From: Thermoplasmatales archaeon
GTDB taxonomy: Archaea > Thermoplasmatota > Thermoplasmata > Thermoplasmatales > GCA-001856825
Assembly: GCA_038729485.1 (NCBI GenBank)
Contig: JAVYRX010000004.1
Location: 10,183-74,182, forward strand
Length of the DNA: 64,000 bases
Reading direction: 5' to 3'
Shown: piece after piece, positions 48,982 to 57,854 of the stretch
Numbering within the stretch: the first letter of the stretch is position 1
Layout: each line of letters begins with the position of its first letter
Translations under genes and position numbers: made by a program
Notes under the pieces: model-generated
Databases searched by the model: none
Seen by the model: the letters and a program-made list of their open reading frames with translations, nothing else
What the model was told of the DNA's origin: nothing

Positions 48982-49485
48982 ATGAAACTAATGACAGAGA
49001 AAAATTTGAATGATGCATATTGTGGGGAAAGCAAAGCGGCAATGAAATACATGATCTACTCTGACGTGGCTGAGAAGAACGGTTTTCCAAACGTTGCAAA
49101 GCTGTTCCGCGCAATCTCGTACGCCGAAACGGTACACGCTACAAATCATTACAGGAATCTCGGAATGATAAAGGGTACGAGCGACAATCTAGAGGATGCC
49201 ATAGCGGGAGAGCATTACGAGGTAACAGAGATGTATCCGGTATTTAATGAGGTTGCAAAATTCCAAAAAGAAGCAGGCGCGGAAACGTCAACAAGGTACG
49301 CGCTAGAAGCTGAAAAGATTCATGAAAGCCTCTATAAGGAAGCACTTGAAAGCGTCAACAGGAAGAATGACATTCCGTCAAAGGATATATATATCTGCCC
49401 CGTCTGCGGATACACCGTTGTCGGAAAACCACCTGAAAAGTGCCCTGTCTGTGGAACAAGCGGAGCCAAGTTCAAGAAGTTTTAA
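48982..49485 (+). CDS. rbr: Rubrerythrin
   Basis: Di-iron four-helix-bundle ligand blocks (GESKAAMKY, YAETVHATNH, GEHYE and ALEAEKIHESLY) plus a C-terminal rubredoxin CPVCGY...CPVCG. Confidence 0.9.
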   Translation: MKLMTEKNLNDAYCGESKAAMKYMIYSDVAEKNGFPNVAKLFRAISYAETVHATNHYRNLGMIKGTSDNLEDAIAGEHYEVTEMYPVFNEVAKFQKEAGAETSTRYALEAEKIHESLYKEALESVNRKNDIPSKDIYICPVCGYTVVGKPPEKCPVCGTSGAKFKKF

Positions 49486-49691
49486 CCGTTATTTTTATTC
49501 TTTAAATTTTCATCTTCGAGAATCAGCTCGTTGATGAGATCTCCAACCTTCCAGTTTATGCTTGAATCAGTTGTCATGGCCACTATTGTATCTTCGTATA
49601 CGCCAGCCTCTTTCATACATTTGAGTAGCTTCAGATACTCATCCCTTTTGAACTCATGCAGGATCATTACCTTGGTCATCCAAAACGCCAT
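49482..49691 (-). CDS. Small protein, possibly DUF3783
   Basis: 69 aa. VMILHEFKRDEYLKLLKCMKEAGV....VAMTTDSSINWKVGDLINELILE resembles DUF3783 as I recall it. Confidence 0.4.
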   Translation of the reverse strand: MAFWMTKVMILHEFKRDEYLKLLKCMKEAGVYEDTIVAMTTDSSINWKVGDLINELILEDENLKNKNNG

Positions 49692-49758
49692 TGTGAAAAT
49701 GAGCGCGTATTGATATATTTTTCATTATCGTTATCTACCAGTATAATTATACCTTTAT

Positions 49759-50406
49759 ATGGAGCGTATTAGTAAGAGGGTCTCCGAATACCTTTCGTCT
49801 AATCCTTGTGCAATAAGTGCATTGCAGTCTGGCATAGTCAATTATTCATCACTGACGAGATTTCTGATGAAGGAATTGAAAACACACAATTTCAACGCCA
49901 TTCTCGCGGCCCTTAAGAGGTATCCGGAACAGAATCCTTCACTTGAATCTTCATACAGGTTAGCGCTCAAGGAATCACGTATAGAGGCCTACTACTCGAT
50001 GAGCAATGTAACTATACGCAATTCAGTTGAAAATTTGTCTAAGGCCCTCGCAATATACAATGAAATTTTTTCGTCAGGCGGAAAAATAAGGATAGTGCAG
50101 GGAAGTCAGGGGATAGTTGTTGTAGTGGACAAGAAAAACGCGGAGTTCCTCAGATCAAAATTTCAGGAATCTGAGATACTTTCCTTCAGGGATGCACTTG
50201 GCGAACTGGTGGTCATCTCTCCGCTGATCATTGAAAATCTGAGAGGATATGTCGCATATATTTCCACTGCTTTGGCAGTTAACGGAGTTAATGTCTATCA
50301 GGTGGCAGCTTTCTATAACGACATCACTTACATCATGGACGAAAAATATATGACAACTGCAATTTCCGTTTTGTCTAAGATGACTTCTGGAGGTAATCAG
50401 GATTAG
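49759..50406 (+). CDS. Hypothetical protein with a probable C-terminal ACT-like domain
   Basis: 215 aa. LVVISPLIIENLRGYVAYISTALAVNGVNVYQVAAFYNDITYIMDEKYMTTAISVL looks like an ACT module. This is a weak call. Confidence 0.4.
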   Translation: MERISKRVSEYLSSNPCAISALQSGIVNYSSLTRFLMKELKTHNFNAILAALKRYPEQNPSLESSYRLALKESRIEAYYSMSNVTIRNSVENLSKALAIYNEIFSSGGKIRIVQGSQGIVVVVDKKNAEFLRSKFQESEILSFRDALGELVVISPLIIENLRGYVAYISTALAVNGVNVYQVAAFYNDITYIMDEKYMTTAISVLSKMTSGGNQD

Positions 50407-50863
50407 GGGCTACAATACTACATACTCCCCTTCCACAATGAACGTCTATTTCCAGATTTAGGTCCTTTTTTATCGATACAACTTCTAGTTTCTTGCCCAT
50501 GAGTTTTCCGGCTATGCATATGGTCTTACCTTTGTTCTCAAGGACGTCAACGGTTGAGAATGTTGTTACAGGAGAAAAGTAAGGGTAGGTCAGAGAAAAA
50601 AAGATGCCGGCAACAAGGTTCAGAATGACGTAAGAAAAAGGCGTCAAAGGATATAGCCTGAACGAAAAGGGTCCTATGATGGCGGTTATGATTGAAATCA
50701 AATATGTCATTATTCCTGGAGTAAGGCCTTCAACGGAAGAAACAGGCATGTTCCTGTAAATCTTCTTGTAGCTTCTCCTATATCTGCGCAGAATGAGTGC
50801 TCTCAGGAATAACACCGTAATTATAGACACAACCAAAGCGGTTATCCCTGGGAAGACGTCCAT
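50375..50863 (-). CDS. Hypothetical membrane protein
   Basis: Starting at the internal Met (MDVFPGITALVVSIITVLFL) gives a 3-4 TM protein with a soluble C-terminal tail, and a 22-nt overlap with the upstream TtuA-like gene. The longer ORF-track start (50935) is less likely. Confidence 0.45.
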   Translation of the reverse strand: MDVFPGITALVVSIITVLFLRALILRRYRRSYKKIYRNMPVSSVEGLTPGIMTYLISIITAIIGPFSFRLYPLTPFSYVILNLVAGIFFSLTYPYFSPVTTFSTVDVLENKGKTICIAGKLMGKKLEVVSIKKDLNLEIDVHCGRGVCSIVAPNPDYLQKSS

Positions 50864-51765
50864 GTTCCAATCTCCAGTTCTAACGCACAGCTTTGGCAGA
50901 TATCTCCGGGTGTCGGCGATCCACAGATTCTGCATCTCCCTAGTTTTTTTGCTTCCTTCTGAGAGAGCAGGGATTTTATTTGGTCGTACGAGTTCAGTAG
51001 GGCAAATTTAGTGCCAGGTGTCCTTTCTTCCCAGACGTCTATCGAATCCCTGAATTCATTTCTTATAGCAAAATGGGCATATGGGCATTCAGCATGGGAA
51101 AACTCAATCTTCTGAAGTATTGCATAGAGGAGGGCTTCCTTTTCAGGAATTTTTCTGAGAGGTTGAAGTCTAGGCACTAAGCCTTCCTTTACTGAAAAGT
51201 GTGGGCCCATTCTAGAAAGACGGTCCAAGTCTCCCCTGACCATGTTCATTACAAACGATTGAACGGTATCGTCTAGGTTCAGGCCCGTAACAACGTAATC
51301 CACATTTTCGTCTATCGCTCCGATATTTATCATCTTCCTCCTAAAAACACCGCAATAACTGCAGGGCAGCATTTTTCTGCCCGTGGATATTTCGTCCATT
51401 GTAATTCCGTAAAAATCGGACATCTTTACTATTATGTGCTCTACATCCAGCCTTTTGGTGAGGGATCTGGCAGCCTCTATGGTTTGCGGCCTGTACCCGT
51501 TTATTCCCTCATCGATTGTAATTGCAACGAGGCTTACGTTTTTCATCCTTCCGAAAACCCTTTTAGTCTCGAATAGAGCTACTGAACTGTCCTTCCCTCC
51601 AGACAAAGCCACTCCAATTCTCGTAGGTTTCCTTATTTTTATTTCGTTTCTGAATTCAAGGTTTACCCTCTTTTGGAAAAAACGAATGAAGTGTTTCTCG
51701 CAAAGATGAGTTCCGTTGTATCTTAGGTGGACGACTGCCGTGTTGTTGCAGAAAGAACATTGCAT
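50842..51765 (-). CDS. tRNA 2-thiolation PP-loop ATPase (TtuA/NcsA family)
   Basis: N-terminal Zn finger CSFCNN...CEKH, PP-loop SGGKDSSV, CSYCGVFRR and C-terminal CRICG...CQSC. The ATG at 51765 (MQCSFC) is the plausible start, because the 59 codons upstream in the ORF-track ORF run into the divergent trmB promoter. Confidence 0.8.
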   Translation of the reverse strand: MQCSFCNNTAVVHLRYNGTHLCEKHFIRFFQKRVNLEFRNEIKIRKPTRIGVALSGGKDSSVALFETKRVFGRMKNVSLVAITIDEGINGYRPQTIEAARSLTKRLDVEHIIVKMSDFYGITMDEISTGRKMLPCSYCGVFRRKMINIGAIDENVDYVVTGLNLDDTVQSFVMNMVRGDLDRLSRMGPHFSVKEGLVPRLQPLRKIPEKEALLYAILQKIEFSHAECPYAHFAIRNEFRDSIDVWEERTPGTKFALLNSYDQIKSLLSQKEAKKLGRCRICGSPTPGDICQSCALELEIGTWTSSQG

Positions 51766-51812
51766 AAAGCTTGTAGTGAAAAAAATTATAAAAGCCTTTA
51801 TTATTATTAGAT

Positions 51813-52517
51813 ATGGAAGATTTTGACAAAGAACTAACGGAGATATCAAAATATTTTGAGACCTTCGCAATGACAGACTATGAGCTGAGGGGGTTCCTAG
51901 CACTTGTGCTCTTGGGAGCAAGTACCCCTGACACAATAGCACTTACAGCTAAAATACCAAGAACGTCGACATACAAAGTCCTTGAAAAACTTGAGGAAAG
52001 AGGATTTATAACTTCACTGGAGGGCCGTCCTAAAGTATTCAAGGCAAAGAACGTCTATGAGATAAGGAAAACCTTCTCCAAGAATCTTGATGATCTGTTT
52101 GAAAAATTGACAGACCTCAGTGAGAAGCTTACGGAACAGGGCCTGCCACAGCTCATATACACGATATATGGGAGGGAAAAGGTGCTTGAAAAGATGAAGG
52201 AGCTGCTGAATTCAGCAGAAAAGTTTGCGGCCATATCCACGCCGAAGCTGAGGGAGCTCAGGCAGGAACTTGGAAAGGAAATTGAATCTGCCATAACCAG
52301 AAGTGTTGTCGTTTCCATAGTGGCGCCTGACAATCAAAGGGTACCACAGGGAACGAGGATATTTAGAAACAACTCCCTGATCGCTACTGACATGGTCGCC
52401 GACGGTACCAAGGCCCTAATCGCGGCACCTGATTTATCAGCCTGCGGCTATACAGACAATCCTCTCCTCGCTGACCACATAAACAGTTACATAGATATGC
52501 TGATGAACAAGAAGTGA
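51813..52517 (+). CDS. TrmB-family transcriptional regulator
   Basis: The N-terminal winged helix is LTDYELRGFLALVLLGASTPDTIALTAKIPRTSTYKVLEKLEERGFI. Confidence 0.8.
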   Translation: MEDFDKELTEISKYFETFAMTDYELRGFLALVLLGASTPDTIALTAKIPRTSTYKVLEKLEERGFITSLEGRPKVFKAKNVYEIRKTFSKNLDDLFEKLTDLSEKLTEQGLPQLIYTIYGREKVLEKMKELLNSAEKFAAISTPKLRELRQELGKEIESAITRSVVVSIVAPDNQRVPQGTRIFRNNSLIATDMVADGTKALIAAPDLSACGYTDNPLLADHINSYIDMLMNKK

Positions 52518-53098
52518 GATGCCTGACCTTGAGGATTCACGTAATCGACAACGGCGGTCAGTGGACTCACAGGGAATGGAGGGTTCTCAGAGACCTAGGT
52601 ATCGAATGCGAAATTAAGAGCAACGACTCCGAAGTTGCTGCATTGGAAGATGCTGACGGCCTCGTGCTATCTGGCGGATCTCCATCATTAGTAGAAGATG
52701 GATTCAATCTCGGCAGAACTTCAGATTATCTCGAGAAATTGAATATTCCTATTCTTGGGATTTGCGCCGGCGCACAGTTTATGGGTAGATTTTATGGGTC
52801 TAAGGTAAAGCCTGCATCTCGGCCAGAATTTGGTCCTGTTACCATAGAGGTGTTAAGTGAAGATACTATTCTAAGCGGTTTTCCGGCCTCGTTCGTGGCG
52901 TGGGAGAGCCACAACGACGAGATTGAATCAGTTCCCACTGGTTTTGTTCTTCTAGCATCATCGAAAACGTGCAAGGTACAGGCGATGTGCAATGAGACGC
53001 TTGCAAGATATGCAGTGCAGTTCCATCCCGAGGTTGAGCATACAGAGCGCGGGAGGGATTTATTCAGGAATTTTATTGGGGTATGTGCCCAGAGATGA
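52514..53098 (+). CDS. guaAA: GMP synthase subunit A (class I glutamine amidotransferase)
   Basis: ILGICAGAQ (nucleophile Cys), VQFHPEVEHT (His-Glu) and IHVIDNGGQWTHREWR are typical of archaeal split GuaA. GTG start overlapping the trmB stop. Confidence 0.85.
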   Translation: MRCLTLRIHVIDNGGQWTHREWRVLRDLGIECEIKSNDSEVAALEDADGLVLSGGSPSLVEDGFNLGRTSDYLEKLNIPILGICAGAQFMGRFYGSKVKPASRPEFGPVTIEVLSEDTILSGFPASFVAWESHNDEIESVPTGFVLLASSKTCKVQAMCNETLARYAVQFHPEVEHTERGRDLFRNFIGVCAQR

Positions 53099-53609
53099 AC
53101 TCCCTGACCTTCGACCTGAATTGTTCAAGTGATGAGTCGTTGCATATGTAGTAGTCTGCAGTAGCCAAGACGTTGCCTATACCCCAATTCAGTTCCCTCG
53201 CCTCCCTTGAATTGAACTGTTCCATGTTGTGCGGATCGTCGCCCCTTCCTCTTATCAGCAGCCTCCTGTATCTATTTTCCCTTCCTGACGCGATCCCCAC
53301 AACCAAACCTACCTCCATATCTTTCCTGAATCTCTCAATCTCTTCGGTATTTCTTATTCCCTCTATAACGACAAAATTGCTCCTTATTCTGGTGATGGTC
53401 CTCTTGGCCCAGACGTCCATCCCACTCTTTTCCCTCTCACGAGAAGCTACTTCTCCACTCTTCGATATTTCTAGGCCTTGGGACTCAGTATATTCCCTTA
53501 CAATGTCTCCCATGTTAATTACCTCAACTCCTATTTCTCTCGCAACATTGGCAAACTCATCTTTTCCGGAACCAGGCATTCCAATAACAAGGATAGCTTT
53601 AGCTTTCAC
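53073..53609 (-). CDS. P-loop nucleotide/nucleoside kinase-like protein (archaeal UPF0200 / dephospho-CoA-kinase-like)
   Basis: Walker A GMPGSGKDE in a 178-aa adenylate-kinase-like layout. Confidence 0.6.
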   Translation of the reverse strand: MKAKAILVIGMPGSGKDEFANVAREIGVEVINMGDIVREYTESQGLEISKSGEVASREREKSGMDVWAKRTITRIRSNFVVIEGIRNTEEIERFRKDMEVGLVVGIASGRENRYRRLLIRGRGDDPHNMEQFNSREARELNWGIGNVLATADYYICNDSSLEQFRSKVREFISGHIPQ

Positions 53610-53639
53610 AACACTCTATCATCCGCTAAATTTATACAT

Positions 53640-54911
53640 TTAGGAGACGGGAAGGGATTTTTGTAGCGGTTTAACGTCTTTTAATTGGGAGATAAGTTCG
53701 TCCTTCATCAGCAGATCCTTAAGGTGCTGTTGATCGTAATTAAGCATTATTGTAGTCGTCCTTCCATATCGTCCGAAGCTCATCACCTCAGAATTGAGAA
53801 GTCCTAGGCTGCTAAGCTCATTGACAATATCCGCAATTCTTCTTTGGGTGAGGTTGGAAATTCCCAACCTTTCACAGACCCTTATGTAGAGATCGTAGAG
53901 CTCGCCCGTCGTTGATTTACCGCCATTCCTAATTTCATTTATAAGCGTGGCGGAAAACAGAACAAGTTTGCTATGAAGCGGAAGCGTAGCCACAGTGTCG
54001 GCAACGACGTCCCTTTCAAGTTTGCTTTTAGCACTGTATATTATCTCCTCAGTAATTCTCTTGTCGTCGCTCATCTCAACTAGCTCTACCGCGACTTTTA
54101 GAAGGTCTATAGCCCTCCTGGCATCACCGTGCTCCTGTGCCGCAAGGGCCGCGCATACCTTAAGTGCTGAATCCTCTATCGAATCCGATATTCCCGCATA
54201 TATCACCCTGTCCTCTAGTATGTCGTATATCTGGGAAGCATTGTAAGGGTTGAATACTATGGTCTCTTCCACAAGGCGACTCTTCACCCTTGGGTCTAGA
54301 TATTCCGTGAATCTTAGGTCGTTGCTTATACCTATTAATGAAACTCTCGATTTGTCGAGTTCCTCGTTCATGCGAAGTAGCTGATAGAGCACTCCGTCGC
54401 CGTTTCTTTTTACTAGCCTGTCTACCTCGTCAAGGGAAATTATAACGATTCCGTTGAGTCCATTGATCTTTTCTAGGACCACGTTGTATAATCTGTCAAG
54501 TGGCCATCCCGTGAATGGGAGTTTCTCCTCCCAGTCATTCCTTATGCCCTCGCCCACCGCCAGGAGTACGCCGTAAGAATTATCGATTACGCCGCAGTTG
54601 ATGTCCACGATTTTGACGTTTGTCCTTATCGAAGACTCTGTTGCCTTTCTCATTTCGTTTTCAACAAATCTTACAACGCTTGTTTTGCCTACTCCGGGTT
54701 TTCCGAATATTATTGCGTTTGAGGGTCTATTTCCAGCTAGTGAGGGGGAAAGGATCCTGGCAAGCTGATCTGTTTCCTGTTCCCTGTGGGGCAGCCTTTC
54801 TGGCAGGAATCCTGGTTCGAGTGCTTTCCTCTCCCCTGTTACTATGGAGCCTGAATTCACAAATTTATCAAATATATTCCTAGATACTTTTTCCATATTT
54901 ACTAGCATCAA
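53640..54911 (-). CDS. cdc6-1: Orc1/Cdc6 replication initiator (paralog 1)
   Basis: LPHREQE, Walker A GKPGVGKTS, Walker B ISLDEVD, ISND, sensor-2 GDARRAIDLL and a C-terminal winged helix. The start may be the downstream Met (MEKVS). Confidence 0.9.
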   Translation of the reverse strand: MMLVNMEKVSRNIFDKFVNSGSIVTGERKALEPGFLPERLPHREQETDQLARILSPSLAGNRPSNAIIFGKPGVGKTSVVRFVENEMRKATESSIRTNVKIVDINCGVIDNSYGVLLAVGEGIRNDWEEKLPFTGWPLDRLYNVVLEKINGLNGIVIISLDEVDRLVKRNGDGVLYQLLRMNEELDKSRVSLIGISNDLRFTEYLDPRVKSRLVEETIVFNPYNASQIYDILEDRVIYAGISDSIEDSALKVCAALAAQEHGDARRAIDLLKVAVELVEMSDDKRITEEIIYSAKSKLERDVVADTVATLPLHSKLVLFSATLINEIRNGGKSTTGELYDLYIRVCERLGISNLTQRRIADIVNELSSLGLLNSEVMSFGRYGRTTTIMLNYDQQHLKDLLMKDELISQLKDVKPLQKSLPVS

Positions 54912-54983
54912 GATTCTTCTTAATTAAAACCGTTTCTTATCAACTATTTTACCAAAAGGATAATATATTGTCCACGCCAATGT

Positions 54984-55006
54984 ACCCCCCTTGATTTCCA
55001 CTGGAA
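54984..55006 (-). promoter_or_regulatory. Origin recognition box (ORB)-like element
   Basis: The minus strand reads TTCCAGTGGAAATCAAGGGGGGT. That is the dyad TTCCAGTGGAAA plus a downstream G-string, matching the archaeal ORB consensus as I remember it. It lies 73 nt upstream of cdc6-1, next to an AT-rich stretch. Confidence 0.6.
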
Positions 55007-55020
55007 GTTTTTCAGTTAAA

Positions 55021-56334
55021 TTACTCAACGGGCGTCTCGTTTCCACTGGAACTATAAATGTCTTCCATTCCGCTACCCCTGTTTTCTAGAGTGTCTATTA
55101 TTTTTTCAGTCTCGCCCACTAGATAAAGCGAGCCTGTAACGATCACGTCCTCCTTGCTGTTGTATGCCTCAGAAATGGCCTCAAAGGGTCTCTCCCGTAT
55201 TTCTATGTCATTGAAGAAAAGTGAGGCCTCTTTTTTGAGAATCGATGCGTCCTTCCTCCTTTCTGGCTCGTTTGGCTCGGTTATGATAATCTTCGAGGAT
55301 ACCTCTGATAGATTTTGAAGAATGTTGAAGCTGTTCTTGTCCTTCAATACTCCAAGCACTATCAGCGGATCTTTTATTCCGTAAAGCTTCACGTTGTTAG
55401 CAAGAACCCTTGTTGCCTCAGAGTTATGAGCCCCGTCTAGAATAAACAGAGGCTTTTTTCTTCTGATCTCAAATCTTCCGGGGACTCTAGTCTCGGAGAT
55501 GCCCTTCAATACGTCCTCCTTCTTTGGTGCAAAATTAATAGACTCGGCCGAAAGTATGGCAGCAATAGAGTTATTGACTTGATGCATTCCCAATGCTTTT
55601 AAGACCACGTCGTAGCCGTCGACTTCGGTCTCCAGATGAAAACTTGTGCCATTCAGGGAGTAAGATAGATTGCTAATTTTGCAATTTTCCGTCTCCTTTA
55701 TTGGTGAATTGTTTTCCTTTGCTATGTTAACTAATATTTTCTTTGCCTGATCCGGAACTTTTCCTATTACCACGGGCCGATTTTTCTTTATTATCCCACC
55801 CTTTTCTCTCGCAATGTCCTCTATGCTACCTCCCAGTCTGTCGGCGTGTTCTAACGATATGCTAGTTATCACGGACACCTCGGGCAGGACAATGTTCGTT
55901 GAGTCTAATTTGCCTCCAAGGCCTACCTCAATAGAGGCGAACTGCACACCCAACTCTCTGAAATAATCAAAAGCCATTACCGTAGTGTACTCAAAGAACG
56001 TTAGTTGAACCTCTTCCCCATAAAAATTTATTTTAGTCGGATGTTTTTCCACGAATTCACGTATAAATACTGAGGGTATCTGTTCCCCATCTACAATGAT
56101 CCTCTCGTTGAATCTCCTGAGGTGCGGAGAGGTGTATATTCCACACTTTAGCTTCCTCCGGAAGATGTTATAAATGAACGAGGTGGTGGAGCCCTTGCCG
56201 TTAGATCCGGTTATATGTGCGCTCCTGAATGATTTATGGGGATCTCCAAGCATGGCGGAAAAAGTGGCTGTGGGACCCAGGCCAAGTTTGATGCCGAATC
56301 TTGAAAGCGAAAATAGGTACTCTTCCCAATCCAT
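55021..56334 (-). CDS. folC: Folylpolyglutamate synthase / dihydrofolate synthase (Mur ligase family)
   Basis: P-loop ITGSNGKGST, EVGLGG, SLEHADRLG and LDGAHN. 437 aa. Confidence 0.85.
   Translation of the reverse strand: MDWEEYLFSLSRFGIKLGLGPTATFSAMLGDPHKSFRSAHITGSNGKGSTTSFIYNIFRRKLKCGIYTSPHLRRFNERIIVDGEQIPSVFIREFVEKHPTKINFYGEEVQLTFFEYTTVMAFDYFRELGVQFASIEVGLGGKLDSTNIVLPEVSVITSISLEHADRLGGSIEDIAREKGGIIKKNRPVVIGKVPDQAKKILVNIAKENNSPIKETENCKISNLSYSLNGTSFHLETEVDGYDVVLKALGMHQVNNSIAAILSAESINFAPKKEDVLKGISETRVPGRFEIRRKKPLFILDGAHNSEATRVLANNVKLYGIKDPLIVLGVLKDKNSFNILQNLSEVSSKIIITEPNEPERRKDASILKKEASLFFNDIEIRERPFEAISEAYNSKEDVIVTGSLYLVGETEKIIDTLENRGSGMEDIYSSSGNETPVE
55040..55051 (-). promoter_or_regulatory. 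Second exact copy of the 12-mer TTCCAGTGGAAA (mini-ORB-like)
   Basis: An identical 12-mer lies 45 bp from the first in the same orientation, inside the last codons of folC (minus strand TTCCAGTGGAAACGAGACGCCCG). Confidence 0.45.
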
Positions 56335-56388
56335 TGGGCAGTTAGATATTACTGAATAAAAAATTTATTGACAAACACATATGAGGTT

Positions 56389-57069
56389 ATGAACCATATT
56401 AGGGTAATCTTCGTAGAACCAAAGAACCCTGGAAATTTAGGTGCAATTGCAAGGATAATGAAAAACTTTGATGTGGAAGACCTAGTCATAGTCAATGCTC
56501 ATCGGATACCCAGTGAGGACATCTTCAGGTCTATGAAAGGTTACGAAGTTCTCAAGAAAGCAAAAATGGTAAGCTCCCTTTATGAAGCTTCTATTGGGCT
56601 GACATACCTGATCGGTACATCGGACGTAAAAGGCGATTCTCCAAAGACGGTCAGGAGAAAATACGTTACGCCACGGCAATTCAGAGTAATGCTTTCAAAC
56701 ATAAGTGGAAGCATAGGCATAGTGTTGGGGCGGGAAGACATAGGCTTAACAAACGAGGAACTGTCCATGTGTGATTTCTTCGTTCACATCCCTGCATCTT
56801 CAAGCTATCCGACCTTGAATGTTTCGAGCGCTGCAGCAATAATACTTTACGAACTATTCAGGGTTGAGAATAAGACTAATAAGCAATTGGCGTCTAGGGA
56901 GAATATAGATGCACTCGTATCTAAATTTAGGCAGAATCTGGAGGCCAACGGCTACCCGAAGCATCGCATAGAAAAAACAAGCTTAATATTCAAAAGAATA
57001 CTCACAAGATCTTTGTTGTCTGATTATGAACACAGAGTCCTCATGGGGGCAATCGGATGCAGGCGGTAA
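56389..57069 (+). CDS. SpoU/TrmH-class RNA 2'-O-methyltransferase (TrmJ-like)
   Basis: IRVIFVEPKNPGNLGAIARIMKNF, VLGREDIGLTNEEL and NVSSAAAIILYEL. The ATG at 56389 is preferred over the TTG at 56368. Confidence 0.75.
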   Translation: MNHIRVIFVEPKNPGNLGAIARIMKNFDVEDLVIVNAHRIPSEDIFRSMKGYEVLKKAKMVSSLYEASIGLTYLIGTSDVKGDSPKTVRRKYVTPRQFRVMLSNISGSIGIVLGREDIGLTNEELSMCDFFVHIPASSSYPTLNVSSAAAIILYELFRVENKTNKQLASRENIDALVSKFRQNLEANGYPKHRIEKTSLIFKRILTRSLLSDYEHRVLMGAIGCRR

Positions 57070-57266
57070 TTTTTTGTCGCTCCTTCTTGTTTAGGGAGAA
57101 GCGAAAGATCCAATCACTCCCCCTGATCAATTTGGCGATTTCAGCCTGAATTGAACTGGTTATATTTGCGCGGGTAGGGTTAAATCGTGATATAAAACGT
57201 TAAATGGGCTACCCTTTCTCTTGATTTTCCTTTAATTGACTATGCAAAGAGTAAGAGCCGTGATTT

Positions 57267-57797
57267 TTAGGACGATACCGAGGGATTAAAACCAAGAACA
57301 CCCTTAGACCCCGTGGCGTATCCGCCGGTGATCATTGCTGCCTCTGGAACAAGCTTGAAAATGAGTGTCTGAACGTACGAGTCTATTCTGTCCATTGCCT
57401 CCTTCCAGGATTTTTCAAGCATCGCGGAGGCAAAATTTTCATTCTCTACGACATCGCAAGAAGCCACCATCCTTTTGACGCCCCTCAGCGTGTTCTCAGC
57501 TCTGATCTTTCTCTCTTCTGATTCAGAGTTGAATGGCATTATCGCTATTAGAAATATTTTCTTTCCCTTGGTGGCGAGAGCATTGCAGACTGACGGAAGA
57601 ACTGAAGAGGAGAACTCGCCGGCGGGCGAGGTTATTATAATGACTTCTTCCTTGCTCCCAACATCCAGTTTCTCTAGAGCTTTGTCAGGAGAGGATATCG
57701 TAGAGGAATCTAATAGGGTGGCATGGGGGATATTTATTGATTTTGTTATATTTATACCTGCACCTCCTATTCCTATAATGGCTACTTTGTCTGACAT
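57267..57797 (-). CDS. Truncated FtsZ/tubulin-like protein (N-terminal GTPase domain only, degenerate signature loop)
   Basis: The 176-aa protein aligns by eye to this window's own FtsZ at three blocks. VAIIGIGGAGINITKSI aligns with IRIVGCGGAGTNTINRC. EEVIIITSPAGEFSSSVLPSV aligns with SEIVFITSGMGGGTGTGVAPVV. FLIAIMPFNSESEERKIRAENTLRGVKRMVASCDVVENENF aligns with [41 protein letters not shown]. It ends soon after the H7 equivalent, with no T7 loop or C-terminal domain. Confidence 0.6.
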   Translation of the reverse strand: MSDKVAIIGIGGAGINITKSINIPHATLLDSSTISSPDKALEKLDVGSKEEVIIITSPAGEFSSSVLPSVCNALATKGKKIFLIAIMPFNSESEERKIRAENTLRGVKRMVASCDVVENENFASAMLEKSWKEAMDRIDSYVQTLIFKLVPEAAMITGGYATGSKGVLGFNPSVSS

Positions 57798-57854
57798 ATT
57801 AATGACATTGATATGACACTACTTATATCTTTTGGTCCTTGAACGTATAACTAC

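Noticed and set aside
50864-51942. N-terminal extensions of the ORF-track models for the membrane protein (to 50935) and the TtuA-like gene (to 51942)
   Set aside because: The extended TtuA frame adds 59 low-complexity residues that run through the divergent trmB promoter. The conserved protein starts at MQCSFC (51765). Likewise, the membrane protein most plausibly starts at MDVFPG (50863).
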